Below are positions 40,454 through 52,349 of a stretch of DNA of 64,000 bases, piece after piece. Position numbers and translations under genes: made by a program. The notes below the pieces were generated by a model. It was not told the origin of the DNA, ran no database searches, and worked only from the letters and a program-made list of their open reading frames with translations. The DNA comes from Lytechinus pictus. Its lineage: Eukaryota. Each line of letters starts with the position of its first letter. The first letter of the stretch is position 1. The stretch spans positions 18,602,001 through 18,666,000 of the forward strand of contig NC_087245.1 in assembly GCF_037042905.1 (NCBI RefSeq). Direction: 5' to 3'.

Positions 40454-41067
40454 GAATTTCGATTACTTCTTGCTTTTCTGTCAAAATCTTACGAATTAGC
40501 GTTGATATGGCATCGTGTTCGTTGGAGTTTGTAGAGTCTATTGCAACGTGTACAAAGTCCATTGATTTCCGGGTTTCGGAGCGTCGCGTGAATATGCATG
40601 AAATTGCAGAGTCTCAATCATTTTCGATCGATACATTCGCACGCAGTCGAAGGAATTATTTTGGCGACCACGTAGTAATGACGTGATCTGCGCGATTGGC
40701 CAATCAGCTGTCTCCAATTCGATGAGCTGAGACGGTCTATCCATTGTACACAGTCTATGGACAATTTGCCACTGTGTTTAGAACATGGTGTCCTTTTAGA
40801 GACACCTTTCATTGATATTTCAACGAAAGAGACCCTTGTCCGACATAAAAATTGAATTAACAGAGCAATTTCGACATTGTATTAGTTCAATATTCTGATT
40901 TTTTTTTATAGAATTACTTATGGTATTTATAATGATAATTTTGCAAATTATGCGTTAAATGTTATTTGTTGAGGTAAAAATATGGTTTGAATGAAGTAAA
41001 CAAAATCAATGTGTCTGATTGTTTGAGACTAAAAAGGAAAATATGAGAGGCTGTGTGTGAAAAATCT

Positions 41068-42724
41068 AATTAGGTGGTCTGTCTATGACAGATCACCTCT
41101 TAATTTCGTCAGAATTTTCTTTATTATTTCTTTATTTATTTTTAGCACCTATGTTTGTCGCCAACTTTTCTCCGAATTGGCTGAATCAATTTGGCTGATT
41201 TTTCTGTCATATATAGAGTCTATCATAGAGACGGCATACTAAGCTTTTCAAGGTCATCTGATTACGATGACGTCATCTACGCGCCATTTTGTAAAATTCT
41301 CAATTTGATCATATCAACATAACGGATCATCAATAATCAACCATATTTACATCACATAAACTTTAGGTTAAAGTTCATCTGTCAATGTCATCAAAGGTCA
41401 TGTAAAGGTCATGACGCGCGCGTCAAAGCAAAAAAAATTCTCCAAATGGCCTATAAAATTTTTTGGGTACGTTTCAAGTCATTTTAAGCATTTCAAAAAT
41501 TTGCGCGCGTTTCCGCACGTAACGCCATAACACAACGCAGAAACACAGTTTTTTATATATCATTGCATTGATGATATAATTCTGAGCAATTTGATACCTT
41601 GATCAACCTTCTACGACCATTAATAACGAAATTAACACCCGTTAAAGTTTGCAGCACGTGTGTGCGCGAGCTCTCACTACAGGCCATATATGGGCAAAAA
41701 CATGTCTATTGAAAATTCACTGTAGCTCTTTAAATAGTCCGTTGACCCCAATTTTTTTTTTTCTTATATCGATAGAGTATGAGTTGTAGATTTGATTTCA
41801 TGTCACCATTGTCCCTCAATTTGATCATGACGTCATCAAAATTGCGCCTAAACTGAAAATTTCATTTTTTTCAAAAATGACGTCATCAAATTTATGCAAA
41901 TTTGATCGTAACTCCGTATATATTGATTGTTTTTCGCCCATATTTGATATATAGTAGTTTAGAATGTACTCTTTCTCCTCAGTTATCATAAATTTTCATT
42001 TTGAAAAACGCATCATGGCGTAAAACAGCGATGAAAAGAGGCATGTCATTTTTCCTCATTTTGCGTGTAATCTCTATGGGACATGACTTTTTCTCAAAAC
42101 TAGATTCTACATTCCTCTATTTCGTGAGCTATATCTCCATTTTTTCTTGATAGTTATCCCTGAGCTTTTAGTATGTTGTAGCTGAGATTCTTAGCTTTCG
42201 GAAGTGTTCCTTCATTTCTCGATCAGATGCCGAGATCATGCCCGTTTTTCGCTTGCAAAATTGGATTTGTAATTCTCAAATTTACTTACGTGTAATGTCT
42301 ATGGGAACATATAATTCCTATGGGGAATATCCTGGCTCAATGGATAACGCACTTGACTAGCGTCCTCGGGGTGCAGGTTCGAGTCCTAGGGTGAACAAGA
42401 TGATTTTTTTTTCTTTTTTTTCTTTTTACCACCTCGTACATGATCCTTTATGACAATTAAAAGGTATAAAAGTTAAAATTTAGCAAGATAAAACAGATTA
42501 TACTTTTTTCATACTTCAATTGTCATATATTAATGAGACCTTTTTCACAGTGCTTTATCATCTCCCCTCATCTCCAGTCTTTCACAACTATTCTATCCAT
42601 AATGAACATTCCGTTGTCATCATGATGATCATATTGATCTACATGAACATGGTAATAGTGATCATGATGCCGAGAGTAAGGACAGACCACCTAATTCGTC
42701 TGCATGACGAATTAAATTCTAGTT
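41068..42724 (+). mobile_element. Helentron/HINE-like non-autonomous rolling-circle element
   Basis: 5' subTIR AATTAGGTGGTCTGTC with an adjacent inverted partner; 3' subTIR GACAGACCACCTAATT (42681-42696); hairpin AATTCGTC-tgcat-GACGAATT; CTAGT end. Confidence 0.7.
42326..42395 (+). pseudogene. Degenerate tRNA-like sequence (resembles tRNA-Arg) inside the HINE-like element
   Basis: A-box TGGCTCAATGG, B-box GGTTCGAGTCC, and a T-run at ~42404. Anticodon and acceptor stems do not pair well. Confidence 0.6.
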
Positions 42725-43230
42725 TATTTATTTTATTTGTCAGATATCACACAAGAAATACAAATGTGAGTGTTTAGAGTATAAACATACCTTTGCATGA
42801 TGAGTAATTGAAGACAAGCAAAATCTGAAAATTGCTGCAAACATGTCCAAGTGGGTAAAGTAGTGCTTTGCAATAATAAAACATTGAAAAATGTGTGAAA
42901 TCAATCCGCAATGGGAAAAATACAATTTTCAGAAACAATGCTAAAAATTACAACCATCATAAACGTTTGTCATATTTAAAGTTGATAACTTTATGGAAGT
43001 TTATATAAGAATATAGCTTTATGAATATTATGTTCAACATTTCATGTAGTCGAGACTACATTATTGCTTTAACGTGACATAGGGGCCGATAGGGCCTACC
43101 CTACGATTTAAAATGCGTCTCTTCGTATGGACTTTCCATAATCTTTTATTTTATTGGTACAACGAACTTATCTTCATTTGTAATGATCGTGATGGATTCG
43201 TAAGCTACTAGGCCGATAGCTAACAACGCT

Positions 43231-44000
43231 TAACGTCCATGCGCAGTGAGTCGCCATGTGCAATTTTTTTACTGTTGCGCCACTCACCTGTCACTGCCTG
43301 ACCAAAATGGTTCTAGAAATCATTTGCAATGTTGAAAAGTGTCTTGTGGCATCTGATATTAGGCCTAATCCTGGATAAAAGATCCAGCAAAAGAAAAAGG
43401 AGTTTAGCGCAGTCAAAGTCAGACTTGCAAACTTGGTCCGTACGGTGCGAATTTTAGCTGCCATTTTTCTCGGGCGACAATTTGAGAATCCCACACTAAG
43501 CAATTGATGTTTCCAAAGCTGCCCGCTCAAGTTATAAACATTTGGTATCAAAATATAGATTATAAAAAAATGCTCATGATCATTTCATTTTGAAAGTGGG
43601 GGTGACAATTGTTATCAAAATAAGAGGGGTGGCGTCTCAACGTATCTCAACCTACGGAGAGGTTTCAACAACGCAGCTGAGTCAATGCACTTTTGTTTAC
43701 GATCGGTGCGTGTGTGTGCACATGCGCGATATGTCTGTGAAGTAAATGTATTGGATGTTTCAAATCGGCGACTCAAAATTCACTCATCATTGTGTCGCCG
43801 TTCCGGAAGTGCGTAATTCATGACGTTCTTACTTAAAAATGCAACAATTTCAGGAGAACAGTTTTTCATATATTTGAAAGGATTTGTGGATACTTTCATC
43901 TTATACAAAGATTTGGGTAAGACTTTTAGTTTTTTTTGCAAAATTGAAGGTTGAAGACCGCCGATTATTGCTGATGGCGACTCACTGCGCATTGACGTTA
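43231..44000. promoter_or_regulatory. Candidate bidirectional promoter of La/SSB and a divergent transcript
   Basis: CpG-rich. ETS site CCGGAAGT at 43803. Plus-strand donor G|GTAAGA at 43917 and minus-strand donor CAG|GTGAGT at 43287. A 27-bp inverted motif lies at both edges. Confidence 0.55.
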
Positions 44001-45081
44001 GTCTTGACACTGGGTCTGAAGTTCTGAACCAGCCACACTCGATCGAGCTAGCTAGCTTGGTGGCAACTGGAAAATCTGCCCACGCTGCGTAATACAATAG
44101 GCTTGACCCTTGACTCGCTTCATTATGACTTAGCTACAGCAGAAGAGCTACATGTATGGTATGAGGCACCGTTTTGTAGCGCATTTTGTAGAAAAATTAT
44201 TATTCAACAAGTAATAATTATTAAAATGAAATCTATATTTTAGTTGTAAATAATTACTATTATATCAATAGTAATTATTTACAACTAAATTACTTGTATC
44301 TAGGAAAACAAACTAATTCAACTTTAAAATCTGCACAAACGGATACAGAACACGTAAGTTGCATTTTAAATGCACGCATACAAGCCTACATGGGACCCAT
44401 TTAGGGGTCACATCCAGCTAGATCCTTTTTAGGGGGGTCGGCACCTCTTTTTCGGGCAGATTTCAATAAAAATGGTATCAAAATGCTCTGATAGGAGATG
44501 ACACTGCATCAAATAACCGGATGCCCAAAGGAATTTGAAACATTTACCTTGTTTAACCCCTGTAAATCCTACCTCTACTATAATATAAAAAAATCATGAT
44601 GTGTATGATTTATGTGAGGGATTATACTCTATCATGATATACATTAGAGCATGTATACTTACCCATGTTGTCTTTTTGCACAAATGTAGACCATACTAAA
44701 TGCTGGTTAGTTCTTTTGTCTGTTTAATCCCTTTAGATTTTTTTTTTTAACTGCAAAGTCATTTTTGTCTACATTTACCACATACCAAATCGTTATTGTA
44801 ATACATAACTATTACCAATGGGTAATTCTACAAGTACTGGTAAGTCAAAATGGTAATTGTAAAATATCAATAAAATGTTATATGAAATTACATAAGTTTA
44901 CCGATGATACCAACACTCTTTGACAATTTGCTGGTGTTATCTTTTATTTTGATTGGACTGCCTTTTCTGTTAGTGAATGTCATATAACTCTCTAGAATAA
45001 ATTAATCTTTTCATTTTGTTCCCCTCTATACATTAGGAAATACCACATTGTTGTGTTTGCTGGTAGTCACCTATTGTCATA

Positions 45082-45195
45082 ATGGCAGAAACAGAAGTCA
45101 AAACTGAAGTCGAAATGGAAGTCAAAACCGAAGTCAAAACTGAAGGTGATGCACAGCCCACTGCATTGGAGAAAAAGATTGCAAGACAAATTGAG
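45082..45195 (+). CDS. SSB: La coding exon 1 (exon starts at 45037 after CATTAG)
   Basis: MAETEVKTE...ALEKKIARQIE|gtagga. Confidence 0.9.
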
Positions 45196-45447
45196 GTAGG
45201 AAAATAAATTTATTAACAAATGTCCCTAAATTTGTTTATCAAAAGCCAGACCTTAAATTTCAATATTTCTAGGCTAAGACCAAGACACATTTCTATATAA
45301 TATCATAACACAAATGGGCAAAATTAAAAGGGCACAAAAATGGCATCAAGGCCATTTTAGGCATCATCAAAATTGTTTACCACATTCATGTACTTCATAC
45401 TTACCCTTTTTATTTTTGTTTTATTATTGTTATTGTCATTTATACAG

Positions 45448-45517
45448 TACTACTTTGGAGACTCCAACCTAAAAAGAGATACATTCCTGCAGCTAAAGAT
45501 CAGAGAAGACAATGGAT
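45448..45517 (+). CDS. SSB: La coding exon 2 (La motif)
   Basis: YYFGDSNLKRDTFLQLKIREDNG(t)|gtatcctttt. Confidence 0.95.
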
Positions 45518-46083
45518 GTATCCTTTTACAAAAAAAAACACTGACTGATGATGTATATGTGCTTTATTAAAATACTTTGTAATTTAAGTTTTGATGAGTG
45601 TAGTGACTAAATAGTAGTTTGTAAAAAAAAATATGCTGGTGTTGGAAGGTTGACTTATTGTGGTAAAGAAGAAGAGAAGGAGGGAGGAGGAGAAAAAGAA
45701 GAAGAAGGAGGAGGAAGAGGGAGTGAATCTATTTGAAGTGCAATTATTAACTTTTAGAGTTACAATGTATGTAGTGGGGGCTTCTTGTTTTTTTCTTGAT
45801 GGCAATTACATTCTTTAAATGACATCCAGAACCTCTCTTTATATCCTGGAACTGCCCCTGATCTCAAATGATCAGGATGATGATTGTGATGATGATGATG
45901 ATGATGATGACGACGATGATGATGATGATGATGATGATTGTGATGTCTGTGGTGGTGATGAGGCATATATGATATAACATAATGATAACAACAATTAGGA
46001 TATCATCTGTTAACTTGGGCATTTTTATGTCCTTCTTACTAATGATATACATACGCATATAATCCTTGACTTAAAAACTAAAG
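45518..46083 (+). other. U12-type (minor spliceosome) GT-AG intron
   Basis: 5' site GTATCCTTT; branch point TCCTTGAC at 46063-46070, with the A 14 nt from the 3' end; no polypyrimidine tract. Confidence 0.9.
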
Positions 46084-46190
46084 GGGTCCCACTTGAAACC
46101 ATGATCAAGTTTAACAGACTGAAAATCTTGACATCAGACTTCGATGTCATTGTCCAAGCTCTTGAAAACTCTCCAACAGGTCTAATGGAG
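46084..46190 (+). CDS. SSB: La coding exon 3
   Basis: (W)[35 protein letters not shown]|gtgagt. Confidence 0.95.
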
Positions 46191-46434
46191 GTGAGTGCAA
46201 CATTCTAAATTACTCAAAAATATAGATTAAAAAAAAACAGTTTTCCAGGAACCTAATAATGTTATCATTGTGCCAAAATTACATTTTATATAGTTGAAAA
46301 TTCAAGTAAAAGCATGCTTACATATTATGCACCTATTTGTACAGTTACATATTCTCATTTGGTAGGAAATATATGAAATTATGTGCTAAAAACAAAAAAA
46401 TTAAATCTTCAGTATTAATCTGTCTGTATATCAA

Positions 46435-47130
46435 TTTTTGTTGTCGCTTTTCCGACAACAGCGGCAGAGGCACATGAAATTTTAACCAAAGGTTAAGTTT
46501 GTGAAATGACATAACTTAAAAATTATATAGACCTAGTACATGAAACTTGGACATAAGGTTAATCAAGTAATACTATACATCCTACCTGAGTTTCAGGTCA
46601 CATGACCAATGTCAAATGTCATTTAGGGTAAATTAACTTAATAAACTATGTTGGGGGAATCAACATCAAAATCTTAACCTAAGGTCTAAGGTTTTGTAAT
46701 GTCTTCATAACTTAGAAAGTATATGAACCTAGTGAATGAAACTTGGGACACAAGGGTAATAAAGTATTACTGAATTTCAGGTCACATGACCAAGGTCAAA
46801 GGTCATTTAGGGTTAATGAACTTTGGCCAAGTTGGGGGTATTTGTTGATTTGCCATCATAACTGAAAGTTTATGGATCTAGTTCATTAAACTTGGACATG
46901 TATCACTGAACATCCCGTACAGACATAGGGGTAATCAAGTTTCACTGGCAAGTCTTAGGTCACATGACCAAGGTCAAATGTCATTTAGGGTCAATGAACA
47001 TAGTATTATATCATTATATGAATGGTGTCTTTTGTGAATAATTATTCTATAATAGTTTTCAAAGTCAGCACTGTTGCTATATTGAATGCATAATACAGGT
47101 GTGACTGCTAGAGGCCCTCCACTTGTTTTT
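46435..47130 (+). mobile_element. HINE/DINE-like element, degenerate copy 1
   Basis: Shares the internal repeats (CATGAAACTTGG..GTCACATGACCAAGGTCAAAGGTCA) and the 3' end CCACTTGTTT with the copies at 49533, 51450 and 53057. Confidence 0.7.
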
Positions 47131-47354
47131 TCAAATTAGATGATTTGAACCTGTGTGCGAAGCCATATCATATCTTTAGATTGCAATCCACATTAGTTTT
47201 ACATCCAGTATGGTGAAAGATGATTTGTTGAAAGCAAACTTGTTATCAGATTCATTGATTTATTGAAAGAGAGTCCATACTGGTGACCAGTGAAATAAAT
47301 AACAAATTTAGTTTGCTTTGGTTTGTGAAATTGTCTTGACTTTTTTTCACATAG

Positions 47355-47456
47355 ATAAGTGAAGACAAATTGAAGATCAGAAGAGCAGTGAACAAGCCAC
47401 TACCTGAAGAAACCGCTGCATACTGGCAGTCTATGAGAGCAAGGAGTGTCTATTGC
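47355..47456 (+). CDS. SSB: La coding exon 4
   Basis: ISEDKLKIRRAVNKPLPEETAAYWQSMRARSVYC|gtatgt. Confidence 0.95.
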
Positions 47457-47679
47457 GTATGTCAATTCACATTCTAACAAGATTATCAGTGTAGTTATTC
47501 TATTTTATATTCTCCAAAGGATATCAGATCTTTTCATGATTGAAGTGCTATAAAAATATTATTAACACACAATCTTCAGCATCTTTTCCCATATCTGCAG
47601 TAATCCTGTATCTAAACCTTGTGATCCTTCCTTCAGTTCTACCTAAGATTATTATGAGATGCCTGTATGATCTCATTAA

Positions 47680-48447
47680 AGGGATGGTCTGGGCTGAAAA
47701 TATTTATATTTAAATAAATAGAGTAAAATTCACAGAGCAATATGCTGAAAATTTCATGAAAATAGGATTACAAATGTGTGTATTTGAGTTTTGTCAGACG
47801 TGTATCAATCAGATATGATTATTTACGTCTGGGACCGACCTTTAACGTCACCATCCGAAAGACGTGACCAGGGCTCGAACCTCGAACCTCTGCATCAATT
47901 TGTAACTTCCCCACAGCTTGGATTACAGGCGCACGCCACAACGCCCAATGATGAAGTTATATAATTTTAGATTGTATCAATATTTTTTTAAAACAGTTAT
48001 ATGCACTTCGTCATGAATATTCATTAGGTGGGCTGATGATGTCACATCCCCACTTTTCCTTATAACATAAGATCATAAATGTTTCATTTTTGTTGAATAC
48101 ATGTATAAATGATGTGTCTCCATTATGATGAAATAAGTTGTGGCAATAAATAACTAATGCATTTAATCAGTTGTCAATCCAATTTTTTTAGTTCTTGGTA
48201 GAAATTTTTTGAATAAACCTAATTTCATATAATAAAATCCAAAAAAACAAGTGGGGATATGACATCATCAGCCCACCTAATGAATATTCATAAGACATGC
48301 CTAGAACTGTTTCACTGGAATAATGCAAATCTTTAAAATTCAATAACTTCGTTATTTCTGATCAGATTTTGATCAAATTTTCAGCATTTTGCTTTGTGAA
48401 TTGTACTCTTTATTGAGATATATATATCTCCAGCCTGGACCATCCCT
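47680..48447. mobile_element. Kolobok-like MITE
   Basis: TTAA-associated ends AGGGATGGTC..GGCTG / CAGCC..GACCATCCCT; internal inverted repeats. Confidence 0.7.
47776..47946 (-). mobile_element. Candidate SINE with a 7SL (Alu-domain)-like head
   Basis: Minus strand begins GGGCGTTGTGGCGTGCGCCTGTAATCCAAGCT, followed by B-box GGTTCGAGCCC, a Meta-domain-like segment and a (CA)-type tail. It interrupts the host MITE. Confidence 0.7.
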
Positions 48448-48781
48448 TAAATACACTGTTCAGCAGCATTCATCCATGAGCATGATTTGACCAGTGTTTC
48501 CTTTACTGAATCCAATTCCGGATCTAAGTCACACTTGAAGTCCAACATCTCTAGAATTCTCCCATCCTCTTCCCTGGTAGATGCCTATGGAAAGCCAGGA
48601 GAAAGTGCATAGTGAATACTGTAATACCCTTTTGCTACTTACTCAAATTATACAGTCCAACTACTTTTTGTGCTTGTGGGAAGGAATATGTTGTTGGAAA
48701 GGGTTAGTTGTGTGAGCTGTCTGCATGAAAGCAAAATTTCTAATAATTTTAATGATCTTATATGATACTTTGACTTTACAG

Positions 48782-48889
48782 AAAGGATTTCCAATTGATG
48801 CTGATCTGGATATGATGCAAGAGTACATGGATCAGTTTGGAGAGTGTGTTCACATTCAACTCAGGAGAGATAAGGAAAAGAAATTCAAG
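48782..48889 (+). CDS. SSB: La coding exon 5 (RRM1)
   Basis: KGFPIDADLDMMQEYMDQFGECVHIQLRRDKEKKFK|gtcagt. Confidence 0.95.
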
Positions 48890-49532
48890 GTCAGTATCTC
48901 TCAATGACAAATGGCTTCAAGTGATTTGGTAAAGCATCAGCTCCATGACCCTACATGCTATAAACATATATATCCATTACCGATGTACAGTATATGGTAT
49001 TATAAAAAAAAGAAGCAATGAAAATTCAAAGTCAAAGGAATCATAATGTGCTTCGAATGGTGTAAAAATGAGAATATCACCGAGATTCCAGATGAATTTC
49101 CCTCATAGCATGCAATATGTGTACCAAAGAACCATTTCGTGAATGACACTATTCACTCGTAGATACCATGATGCCATCATTAATTTCTAATCCTTCATAT
49201 TCCTGGTTCTTTATCTGGCCAAATAAACATAGAACTGTAGTTATATGCTACAAACACAAGCATTTGATGAATTAACCATCAAAGCATTCAAAAAGTACCT
49301 CAAGGGGCAGTCACACGTTGCTGAATTAGATCGTGGCTGTTTGGCAATACACTTTGCTCTGCCAAAGATCATGATGATTCCATATTTTGACTCTGCTCAT
49401 CTGACCATCCTTAGCACATGAAGAATTCTCATTTGCTGGAATTTGACAAGCATATATTCTTTGATGGCTGAAGGTATGGCCACATGAACAACCAAGTAGC
49501 CCCATTGAAATCAGTGTAAAATTGTCAGTTAA

Positions 49533-50486
49533 TTTTTGTCTCACCTGCATAGCAGAGTGAGACTATAGGCGCCGCTTTTCCGACGGCGGCGGCGGCGTCA
49601 ACACCAAATCTTAACCTGAGGTTAAGTTTTTGAAATGACAGCATAACTTAGAAAGTATATGGACCTAGTTCATGAAACTTGGCCATAAGGTTAATCAAGT
49701 ATTACTGAACATCCTGCCTGAGTTTCATGTCACATGACCAAGGTCAAAGGTCATTTAGGGTCAATGAACTTAGACCATGTTGGGGGAATCAACATCAAAA
49801 TCTTAACCTAAGGTTAAGTTTTTGAAATGTCATCATAACTTAGAAAATATATGGACCTAGTTCATGAAACTTATACATAAGGTTAATCAAGTATCACTGA
49901 ACATCCTGCATGAGTTTCACGTCACATGACCAAGGTCAAAGGTCATTTAGGGTCAATGAACTTTGGCCGAATTGGGGGTATCTGTTGAATTACCATCATA
50001 ACTTTGAAAGTTTATGGATCTGATTCATGAAACTTGGACATAATAGTAATCAAGTATTACTGAACATCCTGTGCAAGTTTCAGGTCACATGATCAAGGTC
50101 AAAGGTCATTTAGGGTCAATGAACTTTGGCCAAATTGGGGTATTTGTTGAATTACAGCCATAAATTTGAAAGTGTGTTGGTCTAGTTCATAAAACTTGGA
50201 CATAAGAGTAATCAAGTATCACTGAACATCCTGTGCGAGTTTCAGGTCACATGATCAAGGTCAAAGGTCATGTAAGGTCAAAGAACTTTGGCCACGTTGG
50301 GGGTATTTGTTGAATTGCCATCATATCTCTATAAGTGTATTGGTCTAGTTCATAAAACGTGGAAATACGAGTAACCAAGTATCACTGAACATCTTGTGCG
50401 AGTTATAGTAGTTTTCAAAATCAGCACCGCTGCTATATTGAATCGCGTGATGCAGGTGAGACGGCCAGAGGCATTCCACTTGTTTT
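49533..50486 (+). mobile_element. HINE/DINE-like element, full copy 2
   Basis: T-run flanks; subTIRs GTCTCACCTGCAT / ATGCAGGTGAGAC; (GGC)n; ~150-190-bp internal repeats. Confidence 0.8.
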
Positions 50487-50700
50487 GGTACCAGGCCAAT
50501 ATACACTTATTTTAATATCGCTACTAGTATTCATCTCGGGGGATGTTGTGAACATATTCTACACAAAGTTTATGCTATAATTGTTTGTCATCATGCTCTT
50601 TTGAGAAATGGTATCCAAAACTCTCAAATGCAAAAATTAAAAGTATTATTGTGACATTGCTTCAGTATTGTATCATGTTTGTTTTATGTTGTATTGACAG

Positions 50701-50801
50701 GGTTCCATCTTTGCTGTGTATGACACTATTGATTCCGTCAAGAGGTTCCTAGAAGCAGAAGACTTGAAGATTGGTGATCAGGACGTAGTCAAGATGAAAA
50801 A
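50701..50801 (+). CDS. SSB: La coding exon 6 (RRM1)
   Basis: GSIFAVYDTIDSVKRFLEAEDLKIGDQDVVKMK(aa)|gtaatg. Confidence 0.95.
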
Positions 50802-51287
50802 GTAATGTAGTCCAGTAAAAAAAAATTGAAATATTTTAGTTGTGTGCAAGGGATTTGTTAATCATATCTATGATGCATACATGTACAATAGATTTGGAGT
50901 CTTCTTGTTGATGCCATACTGTATTTTCATTCCTTAATTGTTTTCAGAAGCATTGCCTTGATTATCTATACAGGTTTAACTTTGTCTACTATAACCAAAC
51001 ATATATGTAAGTTGAATATTCAAACAAGTCAAAGAAAAAAGTACAATTTTTTTATTCTCCACACACTTACATGCAGTTATTGTTTGTGTTTTTTTATATT
51101 TGTATGTCTATTAATCGCCCAAAGTGGCAGAGTCTACCATTGTTTCAGAATCTGATCTTTGTTTGTCTTCGTGAATACAGGTGTTACTTGAAATGTCATT
51201 AAAAGCTGGAATTTATTCAGGTTATTAGCCAATGCATTTTCTCTAACTCCTGTTGATATTTAATTATTGATTCTGTTTTCTTTTGAG

Positions 51288-51359
51288 GGATGATTACATC
51301 AAAATGAAGGCTGATGAGAAGAAATCAAGAAAGGAGGATGAAAAGAAGAAGAAATTAGA
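51288..51359 (+). CDS. SSB: La coding exon 7
   Basis: (K)DDYIKMKADEKKSRKEDEKKKKL(ga)|gtgagt; the acceptor is TTTTGAG. Confidence 0.9.
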
Positions 51360-51449
51360 GTGAGTGACTATCACTAAACATATATTAAAATAGTAATATT
51401 AAAATAAAAATCAAGAGACTTACTATATGTCCTTGCTGGCATGTTTACA

Positions 51450-52293
51450 TTTTTGTCTCGCCTGCATAGCAGAGCGAGACTATAGGCGCCGCTTTTCCGA
51501 CGGCGGCAGCGGCGTCAACATCAAATCTTAACCTAAGGTTAAGTTTTTGAAATGACATAATAACTTAGAAAGTATATGGACTTAGTTCATGAAACTTGGA
51601 CATAAAGTTAATCAAGTATTACTGAACATCCTGCCTGAGTTTCAGGTCACATGACTAAGGTCAAAGGTCATTTAGGGTCAATGAACTTAGACCATGTTGG
51701 GAGAATTTATTTTCAAAATCTTAACCGAAGGTTTAGTTTTTGAAATGACATCACAACTTAAAAAGTATATGGACCTAGTTCATGAAACTTGGGCATAAGG
51801 TTAATCAAGTATTAGTGAACATCCTGCACCATTTTCAGGTCACAGGTCATTTAGGGTCAATGAACTTTGGTCAAGTTGGGGGTATTTTTTGAATTACTAT
51901 CATAACTTTGAAAATTTATGGATCTAGTTCATGAAACTTAGACATAAGGTTAATCAAGTATTAGTAAACATCCTTCCTGAGTTTCAGGTCACATGACCAA
52001 GGTCAAAGGTCATTTAGGGTCAATGAACTTTGGCCAAGTTGGGGGTATTTGTTGAATTACCTTCATAACTTTGAAAATTTATGGATCTAGTTCATGAAAC
52101 GTGGACATGGGTGTAGTTGACAAGTCTTAAGTCACCGTTCAAATGTCATCTATGGTCAATGAACGTGGTATTATGTCATTATATGAATGGTGTTTTTGTG
52201 AATGATTATTTTATAGTAGTTTTCAAAGTTAGCACTGCTGCTATATTAAATCGCGTAATGCAGGCGAGACTGCCAGAGGCTTTCCACTTGTTT
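51450..52293 (+). mobile_element. HINE/DINE-like element, full copy 3
   Basis: subTIRs GTCTCGCCTGCAT / ATGCAGGCGAGAC; same internal repeats as copy 2. Confidence 0.8.
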
Positions 52294-52349
52294 AATGGCC
52301 TTGTGCCTTTATCTTAAGTAAAAATCTGTCTGTTGTAAAGGGTGCTCAG

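Noticed and set aside
42326..42395. Functional tRNA gene
   Set aside because: The acceptor and anticodon stems do not form, and it lies within a transposon.
43291..43551. Minus-strand 86-aa ORF as a coding first exon
   Set aside because: The stop falls just before the donor, so it is better read as a non-coding exon or uORF.
45584..46058. Poly-His, poly-Ile and poly-Phe/Ser ORFs
   Set aside because: They are antisense readings of intronic GAT and GAA microsatellites.
47915..47946. Human Alu contamination
   Set aside because: Similarity stops after ~32-40 nt, there is no Alu body or poly(A), and the sequence is embedded in a native MITE within a native intron.
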